DNA of 28,611 bases. It comes from an uncultured Clostridia bacterium (GTDB taxonomy: Bacteria; Bacillota; Clostridia; Oscillospirales; Acutalibacteraceae). Shown here piece by piece: positions 1-8,361 of the stretch (its first letter is position 1; the number at the start of each line of letters is the position of its first letter). Where the stretch lies: positions 1 through 28,611 of the forward strand of contig CAMNDS010000001.1 in assembly GCA_946535695.1 (NCBI GenBank), given 5' to 3'. The notes beneath the pieces were generated by a model. That model searched no databases and was not told the DNA's origin. It worked only from the letters and a program-made list of their open reading frames with translations. The position numbers and the translations under genes are program-made.

Positions 1-2
1 TA

Positions 3-182
3 GTGAATAAATTATCAAAAAGGGAAAAAATAATAATAGAACTTCTTTTTGGGCTTTTCGGCAAAAAAGAGCTTACACAAAAAGAAGTTGCGGATTCCTT
101 AGGGATTTCGCAATCTTATATTTCTCGTTTAGAAAAAAAGATAATAGGTCGATTAAAAATTGAAATGAACAAAATTTCTTAG
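3..182 (+). CDS. sigE: Sporulation sigma factor SigE, C-terminal fragment (gene starts before the window)
   Basis: Manual translation of frame 3: [59 protein letters not shown]. Region 4 motif TQKEVAD-x2[12 protein letters not shown] is characteristic of SigE (SigK has GISRSYVSRIEK). Not in the ORF track because it is partial. Confidence 0.9.
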   Translation: MNKLSKREKIIIELLFGLFGKKELTQKEVADSLGISQSYISRLEKKIIGRLKIEMNKIS

Positions 183-397
183 AACCTGTCTAAAATTTTT
201 TAATTAAAATCGAAATTAAATAAAAAAGTAGAAAAAACAAACTGGATAAAAGAAGATGCTCAAAAATTTTCAGTTATTACCAAGCGTTGGGTTGTCGAGC
301 GTACTTTTGCTTGGTTTGAAAAATTTTGCTGACTTTGGAAAAATTGTGAGCACTTTCTTTTATCCAGTTTATCTTTTGGCGTTGCTAAAAGCGGATA
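181..397 (+). mobile_element. Decayed IS5-family insertion sequence relic, copy 1 (transposase C-terminal fragment, in-frame stop)
   Basis: 267-350 reads FSVITKRWVVERTFAWFEKFC*LWKNCE, matching the IS5-type transposase C-terminal motif (x-V-x-P-K-R-W-V-V-E-R-T/S-F-A-W ... R-R-L-W-K-N-C-E). TGA at 330-332 replaces an Arg. AGAACCTGTCTAAAAT at 181-196 resembles an IS5-family terminal inverted repeat (from memory, unverified). Confidence 0.8.
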
Positions 398-467
398 AAT
401 AATAATAATTCATAGAAGGTTATGTCCATTTATGAATATAGCAATGCAAAAGATTTACATCATTTCC

Positions 468-510
468 TCTGGCGATGCCGGAGAAAATATCTATCTTTTT
501 TTAGCAATAC
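468..510 (+). repeat. Dispersed hairpin repeat, copy A
   Basis: TCTGGC-GAT-GCCGGA hairpin followed by ...TTTTTTAGCAATAC. 32/43 ungapped identity to the reverse complement of 28311-28353, including an exact 14-nt 3' end. Confidence 0.65.
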
Positions 511-525
511 CGTAGTTTTAATCTG

Positions 526-554
526 TTGATATTTAATATATTTTTTGATACAAT
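526..554 (+). promoter_or_regulatory. Putative sigma-A promoter of the ABC transporter operon
   Basis: TTGATA (526-531), 17-nt spacer, TACAAT (549-554), with extended -10 TG at 546-547. Confidence 0.6.
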
Positions 555-609
555 CGATGAGCAGTAAGTTATGCACTTAAAAAATAAAAAAGGACTGATA
601 TAATAATTT

Positions 610-2079
610 ATGAATTTGAAAAAAATATGTTTATTCATCATTGCATCGTTTTGTTTGTCAGTTTTTGTATGTTATAATAAAACATTTGGATCTATAGAAA
701 AAAATTGCCTAACAGTTGTTACAAATACACCGTTTTGGCCTTGGGAATACCGAACTGGTGAAGAAGTAGTAGGCGTAGATATAGATATTGCAAGGGAAAT
801 AGCAAAAAACATGAATAAAAAATTAAGAATAAAAGATATGTCTTTTGATGCTCTGATTATAGAACTCGCAGAAAAAAAATGCGATTTGGCGATAGCTGCG
901 ATGAGTGCAACCCCGGAAAGAAGCAAATCTGTAGATTTTTCAGAGCCTTATTTTAAAGCTAATCAGGCAGTACTTGTTAAAAAAGATTCAAATATTTTAT
1001 TACCCAAAGATTTAGAAAATAAAATAATCGGTGTTCAGACCGGGACTACAGGAGATAGCTATTGCGATGATAAATATCAAACATCGAAATATAGCAATGT
1101 TATTGACGCCGTTGAAGATTTAATAAATAATCATGTTGACGCCGTAGTTTTGGACGAATATTTAGCAAAAAATTTTATGCAAAAACGCGGCGATAAAATT
1201 AAGATATTAGACGAATTTTTATTTACTGAAGAATATAGAGTTGCCATCAGAAAAGGCAATACAGAACTCAAAAAAATCGTTAACGAAGTTATTAATAAAC
1301 TCGTACAAGAAGATTTTGTAAATAATAAACTTGCAGAATATTTTTCAAAAGAAGAACAAGAAACAGAAGAAAATAATAATAACTCAGCTCCGGGATTATT
1401 AGAACAAGTTAAAAATAATTTATTTAGTAAAGGCAGACTCTGGCTGACAATAAACGGCTTATTAGTTACGTTTAAAATTACGATTTTTTCACTTATTATC
1501 GGAGTTTTTTTAGGATATCTAACAGCGATTTCGATTCTTGCAAAAAGTAAAAATTTATTTGTAAAATTTTTAAAAATGCTTGCAAAATTTTATGTTAGCG
1601 TAATTCGCGGAACTCCTGTAGTTTGTCAATTATTTATAATATATTACTTAGTACTTTCGCCATTTAATGCAGATAGAGTTTTGTGTGCAATTATTGCATT
1701 CGGAATAAATTCAGGTGCATATGTTTCGGAAATAATCAGGTCCGGAATACTTTCGGTCGATATTGGTCAAATCGAAGCCGGAAAAGCTCTAGGACTTAAC
1801 GAATCTCAAATAATGTGGCATATAATTGCACCGCAAGCGCTTAAAAATTCGCTGGCGACGCTTTGTAACGAATTTATGCAATTAATAAAAGAAACTTCAG
1901 TTGCGGGATTTATAGGCGTCACGGAACTCACAAGGGCCGGCGAAATTATAAGAAGCCAGACGCTTTCGCCGTTTGTGCCACTCATGACTACGGCTTTGAT
2001 ATATTTTACAGTCGTACATCTGGTAGGATTACTTATGGCATTTTTCGAAAGGAGGCTGCGTGCAAGTGATAAAAGTTAA
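610..2079 (+). CDS. Polar amino-acid ABC transporter, fused substrate-binding domain and permease (GlnP/ArtJ-like; substrate unknown)
   Basis: N-terminal signal/TM; SBP family 3 motifs (GVDIDIA, DLAIAAMSATPER, VDFSEPY, GVQTGTTGD); C-terminal HisM/GlnP permease (IRGTPV, EIIRSGILSVDIGQIEAGKALG EAA loop). Confidence 0.92.
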   Translation: MNLKKICLFIIASFCLSVFVCYNKTFGSIEKNCLTVVTNTPFWPWEYRTGEEVVGVDIDIAREIAKNMNKKLRIKDMSFDALIIELAEKKCDLAIAAMSATPERSKSVDFSEPYFKANQAVLVKKDSNILLPKDLENKIIGVQTGTTGDSYCDDKYQTSKYSNVIDAVEDLINNHVDAVVLDEYLAKNFMQKRGDKIKILDEFLFTEEYRVAIRKGNTELKKIVNEVINKLVQEDFVNNKLAEYFSKEEQETEENNNNSAPGLLEQVKNNLFSKGRLWLTINGLLVTFKITIFSLIIGVFLGYLTAISILAKSKNLFVKFLKMLAKFYVSVIRGTPVVCQLFIIYYLVLSPFNADRVLCAIIAFGINSGAYVSEIIRSGILSVDIGQIEAGKALGLNESQIMWHIIAPQALKNSLATLCNEFMQLIKETSVAGFIGVTELTRAGEIIRSQTLSPFVPLMTTALIYFTVVHLVGLLMAFFERRLRASDKS

Positions 2080-2785
2080 TAAATTATTCAAAAAAGTCGA
2101 AAGCGATAAAGGCATAAAAAGACTTTTAAACGGAATTGATTTAGAAGTAAAAGAAGGCGAAAAAGTAGTAATAATAGGGCCATCTGGAGCCGGTAAAAGT
2201 ACTTTTTTGAGATGCATTAATATGCTCGAGAATTTTTCTTCAGGTGATATTTTATTTAATAACAAGTCTATTTTGGATTTTAAACCTGATATTTTAAGAC
2301 AAAAAATCGGCATGATTTTTCAGCATTTTAATTTATTTTCTCACATGACTGTTAAAAGAAATATAACTTTTGCTCCGGTAAAATTAAAATTATGTACGAA
2401 AAAGCAAGCTAATTTGAGAGCTCTTGATTTATTAGAAAAAGTCAAACTTGAAAATAAATTAAATGTTTTCCCGTCTAGGCTTTCGGGCGGCGAAAAACAA
2501 AGAGCAGCAATCGCCAGAGCTTTGGCTATGCAGCCAGAAGTTTTATTAGTTGACGAGCCGACTTCGGCGCTTGATCCAAAAACTGTTGATGAAATTTCGT
2601 CTGTTTTTAAAAATTTGGCAAAAGATATAACTATGATAGCTGTAACGCATGATATGAATTTTGCGAAAAATATTGCAACTAGATTTGTTTTTATGGAAAA
2701 CGGCGAAATAATCGAAGACGGAAGCTATCAAGAAGTTTTTGAAGAAAAAAAACACGAAAAAATCAGATCTTTTTTGCAAGTTTAA
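2060..2785 (+). CDS. Polar amino-acid ABC transporter ATP-binding protein (GlnQ-like)
   Basis: Walker [10 protein letters not shown]-loop [10 protein letters not shown], signature LSGGEKQR, Walker [14 protein letters not shown]-loop VTHDM; overlaps the permease stop; AGGAGG RBS. Confidence 0.95.
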   Translation: MQVIKVNKLFKKVESDKGIKRLLNGIDLEVKEGEKVVIIGPSGAGKSTFLRCINMLENFSSGDILFNNKSILDFKPDILRQKIGMIFQHFNLFSHMTVKRNITFAPVKLKLCTKKQANLRALDLLEKVKLENKLNVFPSRLSGGEKQRAAIARALAMQPEVLLVDEPTSALDPKTVDEISSVFKNLAKDITMIAVTHDMNFAKNIATRFVFMENGEIIEDGSYQEVFEEKKHEKIRSFLQV

Positions 2786-2814
2786 TAAAAAATAATATTT
2801 TCTTGAGGCAAAAA

Positions 2815-4626
2815 ATGAAAGATAAAATTAAAAATATACGAAATTTTTGCATAATTGCACATATCGACCATGGCAAGTCAACCCTTGCTGATAGAATACT
2901 TGAAATTACTAATTCAGTCGATAAGCGTGAAATGTCTGACCAGATGCTTGATAACATGGAACTCGAAAAAGAACGCGGGATAACTATAAAATCTCGTGCT
3001 GTTACGCTTTTTTATAAATCTAAAAATAATACAGAATATATTTTAAATTTAATAGATACTCCCGGGCATGTTGATTTTAATTATGAAGTCTCGAGATCTT
3101 TGGCGGCTTGCGAAGGTGCGATTTTAGTCGTTGATGCAACTCAAGGTGTCGAAGCTCAAACGCTTGCCAATACTTATCTTGCAATAGATTCTGGTCTAGA
3201 AATTATTCCAGTGATTAATAAAATCGACTTGCCAAGTGCTGATCCAGATAAGACTGCCAATGAAATCGAAGATATAATCGGCATTCCGGCACAAGACGCC
3301 CCAAGAGTTTCGGCTAAAACCGGACTGAATATTCAGGAAGTTTTGGAATCTGTTGTAAAAAATATTCCGGCACCAAGCGGAGATTCTAATTCAGAACTTC
3401 AAGCGCTTATTTTTGATTCTGTTTATGATTCTTACAAAGGCGTTATCGTGTATATAAAAATCGTAAACGGAATTTTAAATCTGGGCGATAAAATTAAATT
3501 TATGGCCACCGGCGCTGAGTTTACTGTTACAGAGTGTGGCTATTTAACAGCTACCGGATTCAGGCAAAGCGAAAAACTTGTGGCAGGCGAAGTCGGGTAT
3601 ATTTCGGCGGCAATAAAGACTATTTCTGAAACAAAAGTCGGCGATACTGTAACGCAAGCAAGCAACCCTGCCAAAAAAGCTTTGCCGGGTTATAAATCAA
3701 TAAATCCTATGGTTTTTTGCGGGTTTTATCCTGTTGACGGTGCAAAATATAATTTTTTAAAAGAAGCTCTTGAAAAATTGCAGTTAAACGACGCAGCTTT
3801 AACTTTCGAGCCTGAATCTTCGAGCGCTCTGGGCTTTGGCTTCAGATGCGGCTTTTTGGGACTTTTACACATGGAAATTATAAGCGAAAGACTAGAACGC
3901 GAGTATAATCTTGATTTAATTATAACATCTCCGGGAGTTATTTATAAAATAGAAAAAACTAACGGCGAAATTTTAAAAATAGATAATCCTGCTGATTATC
4001 CAAGTGAAAACGACATAAAAAAAACTTATGAGCCTATTACAAATGCTCATATCTATACGCCTGCAAATTTTATCGGAAGTATCATGGAGCTTTGCCAAGA
4101 AAGGCGCGGCGAGTTTATTAATATTAATTATATAAATTCTGAACGCGCTGATATTAATTATAAATTGCCGCTTAACGAAATAGTTTATGATTTTTTTGAT
4201 ACGTTAAAATCAAAAACCAAAGGCTACGCTTCGTTTGATTATGAACTCGACGGATTTAAAGAATCTGATTTAGTAAAATTAAATATTGCCGTTGCCGGTG
4301 AGCCGGTCGACGCTTTTTCGTTAATAATTCATAGAAGCAAAGCATATTCACGTGGCAGAAAAATAGCAGAAAAATTAAAAGAAAAAATTCCAAGACAGTC
4401 TTTTGCAGTGGCAATTCAGGCATGTATTGGCAATAAGCCTATTGCTCGAGAAACCATAAAGCCATATCGAAAAGACGTTACAGCCAAGTGTTACGGCGGC
4501 GATATAACAAGAAAAAATAAATTACTCGAAAAACAAAAAGAAGGCAAAAAACGCATGAGAAAATTTGGCAGCGTAGAAATTCCCCAAGAGGCTTTCCTGT
4601 CAGCACTTAAACTTTCAGAATATTAG
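2815..4626 (+). CDS. lepA: Elongation factor 4 (LepA)
   Basis: [43 protein letters not shown]-terminal [24 protein letters not shown]. Start moved to ATG 2815 (GAGG 6 nt upstream) from the track's TTG 2803. Confidence 0.98.
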   Translation: MKDKIKNIRNFCIIAHIDHGKSTLADRILEITNSVDKREMSDQMLDNMELEKERGITIKSRAVTLFYKSKNNTEYILNLIDTPGHVDFNYEVSRSLAACEGAILVVDATQGVEAQTLANTYLAIDSGLEIIPVINKIDLPSADPDKTANEIEDIIGIPAQDAPRVSAKTGLNIQEVLESVVKNIPAPSGDSNSELQALIFDSVYDSYKGVIVYIKIVNGILNLGDKIKFMATGAEFTVTECGYLTATGFRQSEKLVAGEVGYISAAIKTISETKVGDTVTQASNPAKKALPGYKSINPMVFCGFYPVDGAKYNFLKEALEKLQLNDAALTFEPESSSALGFGFRCGFLGLLHMEIISERLEREYNLDLIITSPGVIYKIEKTNGEILKIDNPADYPSENDIKKTYEPITNAHIYTPANFIGSIMELCQERRGEFININYINSERADINYKLPLNEIVYDFFDTLKSKTKGYASFDYELDGFKESDLVKLNIAVAGEPVDAFSLIIHRSKAYSRGRKIAEKLKEKIPRQSFAVAIQACIGNKPIARETIKPYRKDVTAKCYGGDITRKNKLLEKQKEGKKRMRKFGSVEIPQEAFLSALKLSEY

Positions 4627-4639
4627 TTTGTACATTAGT

Positions 4640-4654
4640 GGATTTTAAAAATCC
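4640..4654. terminator. Short inverted repeat after lepA (weak terminator or operator)
   Basis: GGATTT-TAA-AAATCC, 13 nt after the lepA stop and 4 nt before the next -35; poor U-tract. Confidence 0.25.
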
Positions 4655-4658
4655 TCTC

Positions 4659-4686
4659 TTTACAAAAATAATTTTATGATTACAAT
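4659..4686 (+). promoter_or_regulatory. Putative sigma-A promoter of the orphan gene
   Basis: TTTACA (4659-4664), 16-nt spacer, TACAAT (4681-4686); strong RBS AGGAGG at 4742-4747. Confidence 0.45.
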
Positions 4687-4753
4687 AGAAAGTGAAGCGT
4701 CTGCGTGGACGCCGTTTTAAATTTTAAAATTTTAAAAATTAGGAGGGATCCTT

Positions 4754-5488
4754 ATGGGCAAATCGAACAAAGGGACAGTTGCGCTGGCATTAATGGCTAC
4801 ATTGGTTGGCAATCAAGCAACGCTGGCAATGAATGGAAATAAATCTGTTTCTAATTCTTTTTCAAGCAAAACTGGATGTTTATCGGAAAAATCTGCTAAG
4901 CAAGAAAGTATGCTCAAAAAGCTTTGGCCACTTTGGGGTTTTTTAGGAGTTGGAGCAGTAGGTCTTATATCGTGGGGTTTATATAAGGCGTTTAAGCCTG
5001 GTGATAAAGGCAACCCGGGTGAGGCAAAAGGAACAGTTTATTACGGCTTAGGGAGTTCTAAAAGCGCTGACGATTTAAAGAAAAATTGGGAAGATGTTTT
5101 TGGCGGCCTTGATGAAAGCGAATCATTAAGAAACTTTTTGATAAGTTTAAGAGATAAACATGTTGAAAATCTTAAAAAAGAAGACAGTAAAGAAATTGTA
5201 ACCGATTTAATTAAATCAGATGCCAAAATTTATTTCAACAATGATAATTTTGATTGTTATAATACTTTTGATAAGAAGTTAAATTTAACTGATTATGAGC
5301 GTGACATTATTTCAAGTATTGCTAAATTATTCAAAGAAAAATTAGGAATAGTCCCTTGCAGCGTGAGTCGCTATGCTCATTGTTTTTATTTTTCATTTAA
5401 GACTAATGAAGGAGCAGGAACACAAATTTTAAACACGCACGCGTCAGGTATAGAAAACTTGCTTTGTGATTTTATACTTTTTAACTAA
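4754..5488 (+). CDS. Hypothetical exported/membrane protein (signal peptide, second TM helix, unknown soluble domain)
   Basis: 244-aa ORF with strong RBS; basic N-terminus, hydrophobic VALALMATLVG and ATLA cleavage-like site; second hydrophobic stretch LWPLWGFLGVGAVGLISWGLY; no recognisable motif in the rest. Confidence 0.8.
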   Translation: MGKSNKGTVALALMATLVGNQATLAMNGNKSVSNSFSSKTGCLSEKSAKQESMLKKLWPLWGFLGVGAVGLISWGLYKAFKPGDKGNPGEAKGTVYYGLGSSKSADDLKKNWEDVFGGLDESESLRNFLISLRDKHVENLKKEDSKEIVTDLIKSDAKIYFNNDNFDCYNTFDKKLNLTDYERDIISSIAKLFKEKLGIVPCSVSRYAHCFYFSFKTNEGAGTQILNTHASGIENLLCDFILFN

Positions 5489-5975
5489 TTTTTTCAGCAA
5501 ATTGATTCTTTGAAGCAAGTTTTACGCCAAGAATTTTATCGAAAATAGAAGCAGATTTTGGAATGAATCTGCCGAATTTTATTATTATATTTTTAAATTT
5601 TTTAAGCTTTTCAATATAATTTTCAACTTCATTCGGATAATAACCGGTATAAATAACAAAATCATCGTTACAATTTTTTTGCCTAAAATATGAAATTAAA
5701 TTATAAACTTCGTCAAAATTAAAAAATGGTTCAAGACCGCCAAGAATTACAGCTTCCGTAATCGGATTTTTTACATAACGCTCGAAAACTTTATCAATTT
5801 TAATTTTAATATCAGGCATTTTTAAAATTTCGTAGTTCTGACAGCCTGAAATTTCAAGACCGAGTTCTTTGAAACATTTAAAATCGCATTTTGGAAAAGC
5901 GATGAACATCGAAGCTTTTTTATAATCTTGAAAATTTTCATCAACTATTGATTTAACTGTAATAAAATCATTCAT
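5481..5975 (-). CDS. nrdG: Anaerobic ribonucleotide reductase activating enzyme (NrdG-like radical SAM, atypical Cys spacing)
   Basis: Start overlaps the nrdD stop by 8 nt; FPKCDFKC...GCQN and VILGGLEPF (GGEP-like) motifs; 164 aa. Confidence 0.85.
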   Translation of the reverse strand: MNDFITVKSIVDENFQDYKKASMFIAFPKCDFKCFKELGLEISGCQNYEILKMPDIKIKIDKVFERYVKNPITEAVILGGLEPFFNFDEVYNLISYFRQKNCNDDFVIYTGYYPNEVENYIEKLKKFKNIIIKFGRFIPKSASIFDKILGVKLASKNQFAEKIS

Positions 5976-7878
5976 CTAATTTAAACCACTTTCGTTTATT
6001 AAATTCGGCCTTTCTTTCTTTACTATATGCCGAAAGCGGAACTAAAAATCCTACTATTCTTGAATAAGTGTCAACTGCTTTTTCACCGCATTTTGGGCAG
6101 ATTTCTGATAAAAACGCGTGTTCAGACTTGCAAACCGAAATTTTCCTATTATAAGCAAAATAAATGACACCGGATTTCGCTATATAATTCAAAAGTTTCC
6201 AGGCTTGTTCTTCGCTAGCAAAGTCACCTGCTAAGTTTATATGAGAAATCTGACCGCCACCGCATTCTTTATCAAGTATCGAACCTAATCTAACCTTTTC
6301 TTGTAGCGTACATTTTTCCATTAATGGTATCCATTGGTTTGAATATATGAAATATTTGTATTTACTATCAAAAATCTCATTATCTTTCTGGCAAAGGACA
6401 ACGTTAGCTCTCTCTGCAGGGATAGCCTCGATATTTATGCTGTAATTAAATTCATAAGAATCTTTTTGTTTGTTAATAGAATCAAGTATCTTTTTGGCGA
6501 ATTCAAGACCTTTTTCAGAGTAGGATTTGTTCCCAAATTCATCTGTATCAATAAGTCCGAACTCGTTAACAGCCTCATACATAGCAGTTATCCCAATTGT
6601 ATTGTACTGTTTTTCAAGTTCAATAAGCTTATAAGTATAATTAGGTAGCAATCCATTTTTAATATTTTCAGTTATTACATCTCGGACTACATCCAGAACT
6701 TTAACACAAATATCAACACGTTCTTTTAAAATCTCAAAATATTTTGGCATATCGCCTTCGCTTTCTAGCGCAATACGCCTTAAATTAATCGTGTTTACCT
6801 TTATACTGCCTATCGATAAAGAGGTACCGCCTATTGAGTTTATAAACGCATTTAACTTTGAAGTATTAGAAATAAGCCTGCAACAGTTAGAAAGGCTCGT
6901 AACGTCGCTCCCAACATAAAAATTACTGTCAAACCATTGCATATTATGCTTGTTGCACCATCTTGCAAACTCCATATCAACAAACTTGCCGTCTTGATAG
7001 AGAAGCGAAAAAGTTAAAACCGGAAATGTCATCATAGTTTTGCTGCGTATCTCGGATACGACTTTCATAAATACTTTCTGGTGCTCTATTATGCCCTCTA
7101 TGTGGTCTATAACATATTCGCCATCAGGAAAGCTTCTACCGCCAAATAACTCGATTAAATAGTTTCTATCCATTATGCTTATGTTTGAGAACGCAGATTC
7201 AGTAACCCTTAAATACGGCTGATTTAAGTCATAAATAAATTTCTGGAAGCATTGCCTGCGATAATATTCAGGGTCTTTTAAATAAAAGTTATTTCTTACA
7301 TCATTATACCAAAAATAGTAAGAATAAACCAAATAACTCGGCAAGCCTACAGCGCCGCTCGTTCTGTTCGCTGCCCAGCTTATGAATTCCAAAACGTGGT
7401 CATTATAAGTCGTCAAATGCTTTGGTGGCTCTGTTTTGAACATATTTATAAAAAACAAGCCTTTATTTACAATAGGCTCTAAATCGTAAGCATAACAATA
7501 AGGCATGAAAGCGCACGAAGCAGAATCATGAAGATACGAAACGCCACTCCATTCGCCCTCAAGCCACTTGTTAGCTGTATCTAACCCATATTTTTTAGCT
7601 AAAACTGTAAAAATTTTATTAAACGAAAGCAATTTAGTATGCGGTTTAACCATATCAGCAAGCATAGTTCTTACATCGTGAGTAGTACTATTTGAGCTCG
7701 AATCCAGAGCAATATCTACAACACTTTGATTTTTTAAAAAATTTTCAATGTAATCGGTAAAATTCAAATGCGAATTTGAAAATCCATTGATTATTTCAAA
7801 TTTTTCACCATATTTTTCGGATAATTCTTTGATTTTTTTGGTAAAATTAGTATTTAAATTAAGATTTATATGCATCAT
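5968..7878 (-). CDS. nrdD: Class III (anaerobic) ribonucleoside-triphosphate reductase, no ATP cone
   Basis: YLHD...MPYC, finger loop SNCCRL, GSIKVNTINL, EAIPAE, C-terminal metal site C-x3-H-x6-CPKC and glycyl-radical loop SRIVGFL. Start set at ATG 7878 after GAGG (7875 also possible). Confidence 0.93.
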   Translation of the reverse strand: MMHINLNLNTNFTKKIKELSEKYGEKFEIINGFSNSHLNFTDYIENFLKNQSVVDIALDSSSNSTTHDVRTMLADMVKPHTKLLSFNKIFTVLAKKYGLDTANKWLEGEWSGVSYLHDSASCAFMPYCYAYDLEPIVNKGLFFINMFKTEPPKHLTTYNDHVLEFISWAANRTSGAVGLPSYLVYSYYFWYNDVRNNFYLKDPEYYRRQCFQKFIYDLNQPYLRVTESAFSNISIMDRNYLIELFGGRSFPDGEYVIDHIEGIIEHQKVFMKVVSEIRSKTMMTFPVLTFSLLYQDGKFVDMEFARWCNKHNMQWFDSNFYVGSDVTSLSNCCRLISNTSKLNAFINSIGGTSLSIGSIKVNTINLRRIALESEGDMPKYFEILKERVDICVKVLDVVRDVITENIKNGLLPNYTYKLIELEKQYNTIGITAMYEAVNEFGLIDTDEFGNKSYSEKGLEFAKKILDSINKQKDSYEFNYSINIEAIPAERANVVLCQKDNEIFDSKYKYFIYSNQWIPLMEKCTLQEKVRLGSILDKECGGGQISHINLAGDFASEEQAWKLLNYIAKSGVIYFAYNRKISVCKSEHAFLSEICPKCGEKAVDTYSRIVGFLVPLSAYSKERKAEFNKRKWFKLDE

Positions 7879-8140
7879 TTTTAACCTCACAATTATTTGC
7901 CCAACTGTTTACTAAATTACTAGCATTATAAAAATCAAAAAATTTATCATTAACTTTCAAAACTGGCACATTTTTAAAACCATTCTTTATCATTTCATTT
8001 TTATCGGTAATTAAACGATAAAAAATCTTATGATTTTTAAGCTTGGCCTCTAAAACCTTGCATTTTGGGCACCCTGTGCTGTATAAAACAACATCACAAT
8101 TATCGCAAAATTTTGATTTTTTTTCATAACTGATCGCCAT
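7859..8140 (-). CDS. Glutaredoxin/NrdH-like redoxin
   Basis: VVLYSTGCPKCKVLEAKL (CxxC) and NVPVL cis-Pro motif; AGGAGG RBS before ATG 8140 (93 aa); first gene of the nrd operon. Confidence 0.85.
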   Translation of the reverse strand: MAISYEKKSKFCDNCDVVLYSTGCPKCKVLEAKLKNHKIFYRLITDKNEMIKNGFKNVPVLKVNDKFFDFYNASNLVNSWANNCEVKNDAYKS

Positions 8141-8168
8141 AATTTCAACCTCCTGAGTATTACAAAGC

Positions 8169-8197
8169 AGTATATACATTAAATTTTAAGCTGTCAA
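8169..8197 (-). promoter_or_regulatory. Sigma-A promoter of the redoxin-nrdD-nrdG operon
   Basis: Minus strand TTGACA (8197-8192), 17 nt, TATACT (8174-8169); near-perfect consensus about 30 nt above the start codon. Confidence 0.75.
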
Positions 8198-8361
8198 GTC
8201 TTTCCTTCTTAAAATAAATTCAATACTTCTTAAATCCATTCTTATAAATATAATATGAAGAATTATTTTATTTTGTGATAATTAAAAATACTTATTTTTT
8301 ATATTTTATACAATAAATATACTTTAAAAATTAATTTTCAAAGTAAAAACATATAAAATTT

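Noticed and set aside
422-529. Short ORFs across repeat A (35 aa from 422; 27 aa from 432)
   Set aside because: Poor RBS spacing, no recognisable family, and the longer ORF runs into the downstream -35; noted only as an alternative origin for the repeat.
400-609. Possible T-box or riboswitch upstream of the amino-acid ABC transporter
   Set aside because: No T-box consensus (GGTGGNACC) or known aptamer core, and the putative promoter leaves only about 50 nt of leader.
5314-5326. AAGTATTGCTAAA inside the orphan gene matches the end of the hairpin repeat
   Set aside because: No accompanying GC hairpin at the expected distance; in-frame coding (SIAK); AT-rich chance match.
5968-7878. Intein or intron in nrdD, which is common in phage RNR genes
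   Set aside because: Continuous ORF of ordinary length with all motifs in order; no splicing or homing-endonuclease motifs.
8198-8360. Possible NrdR boxes upstream of the nrd operon
   Set aside because: Only loose AT-rich partial matches; no convincing paired boxes near the promoter.
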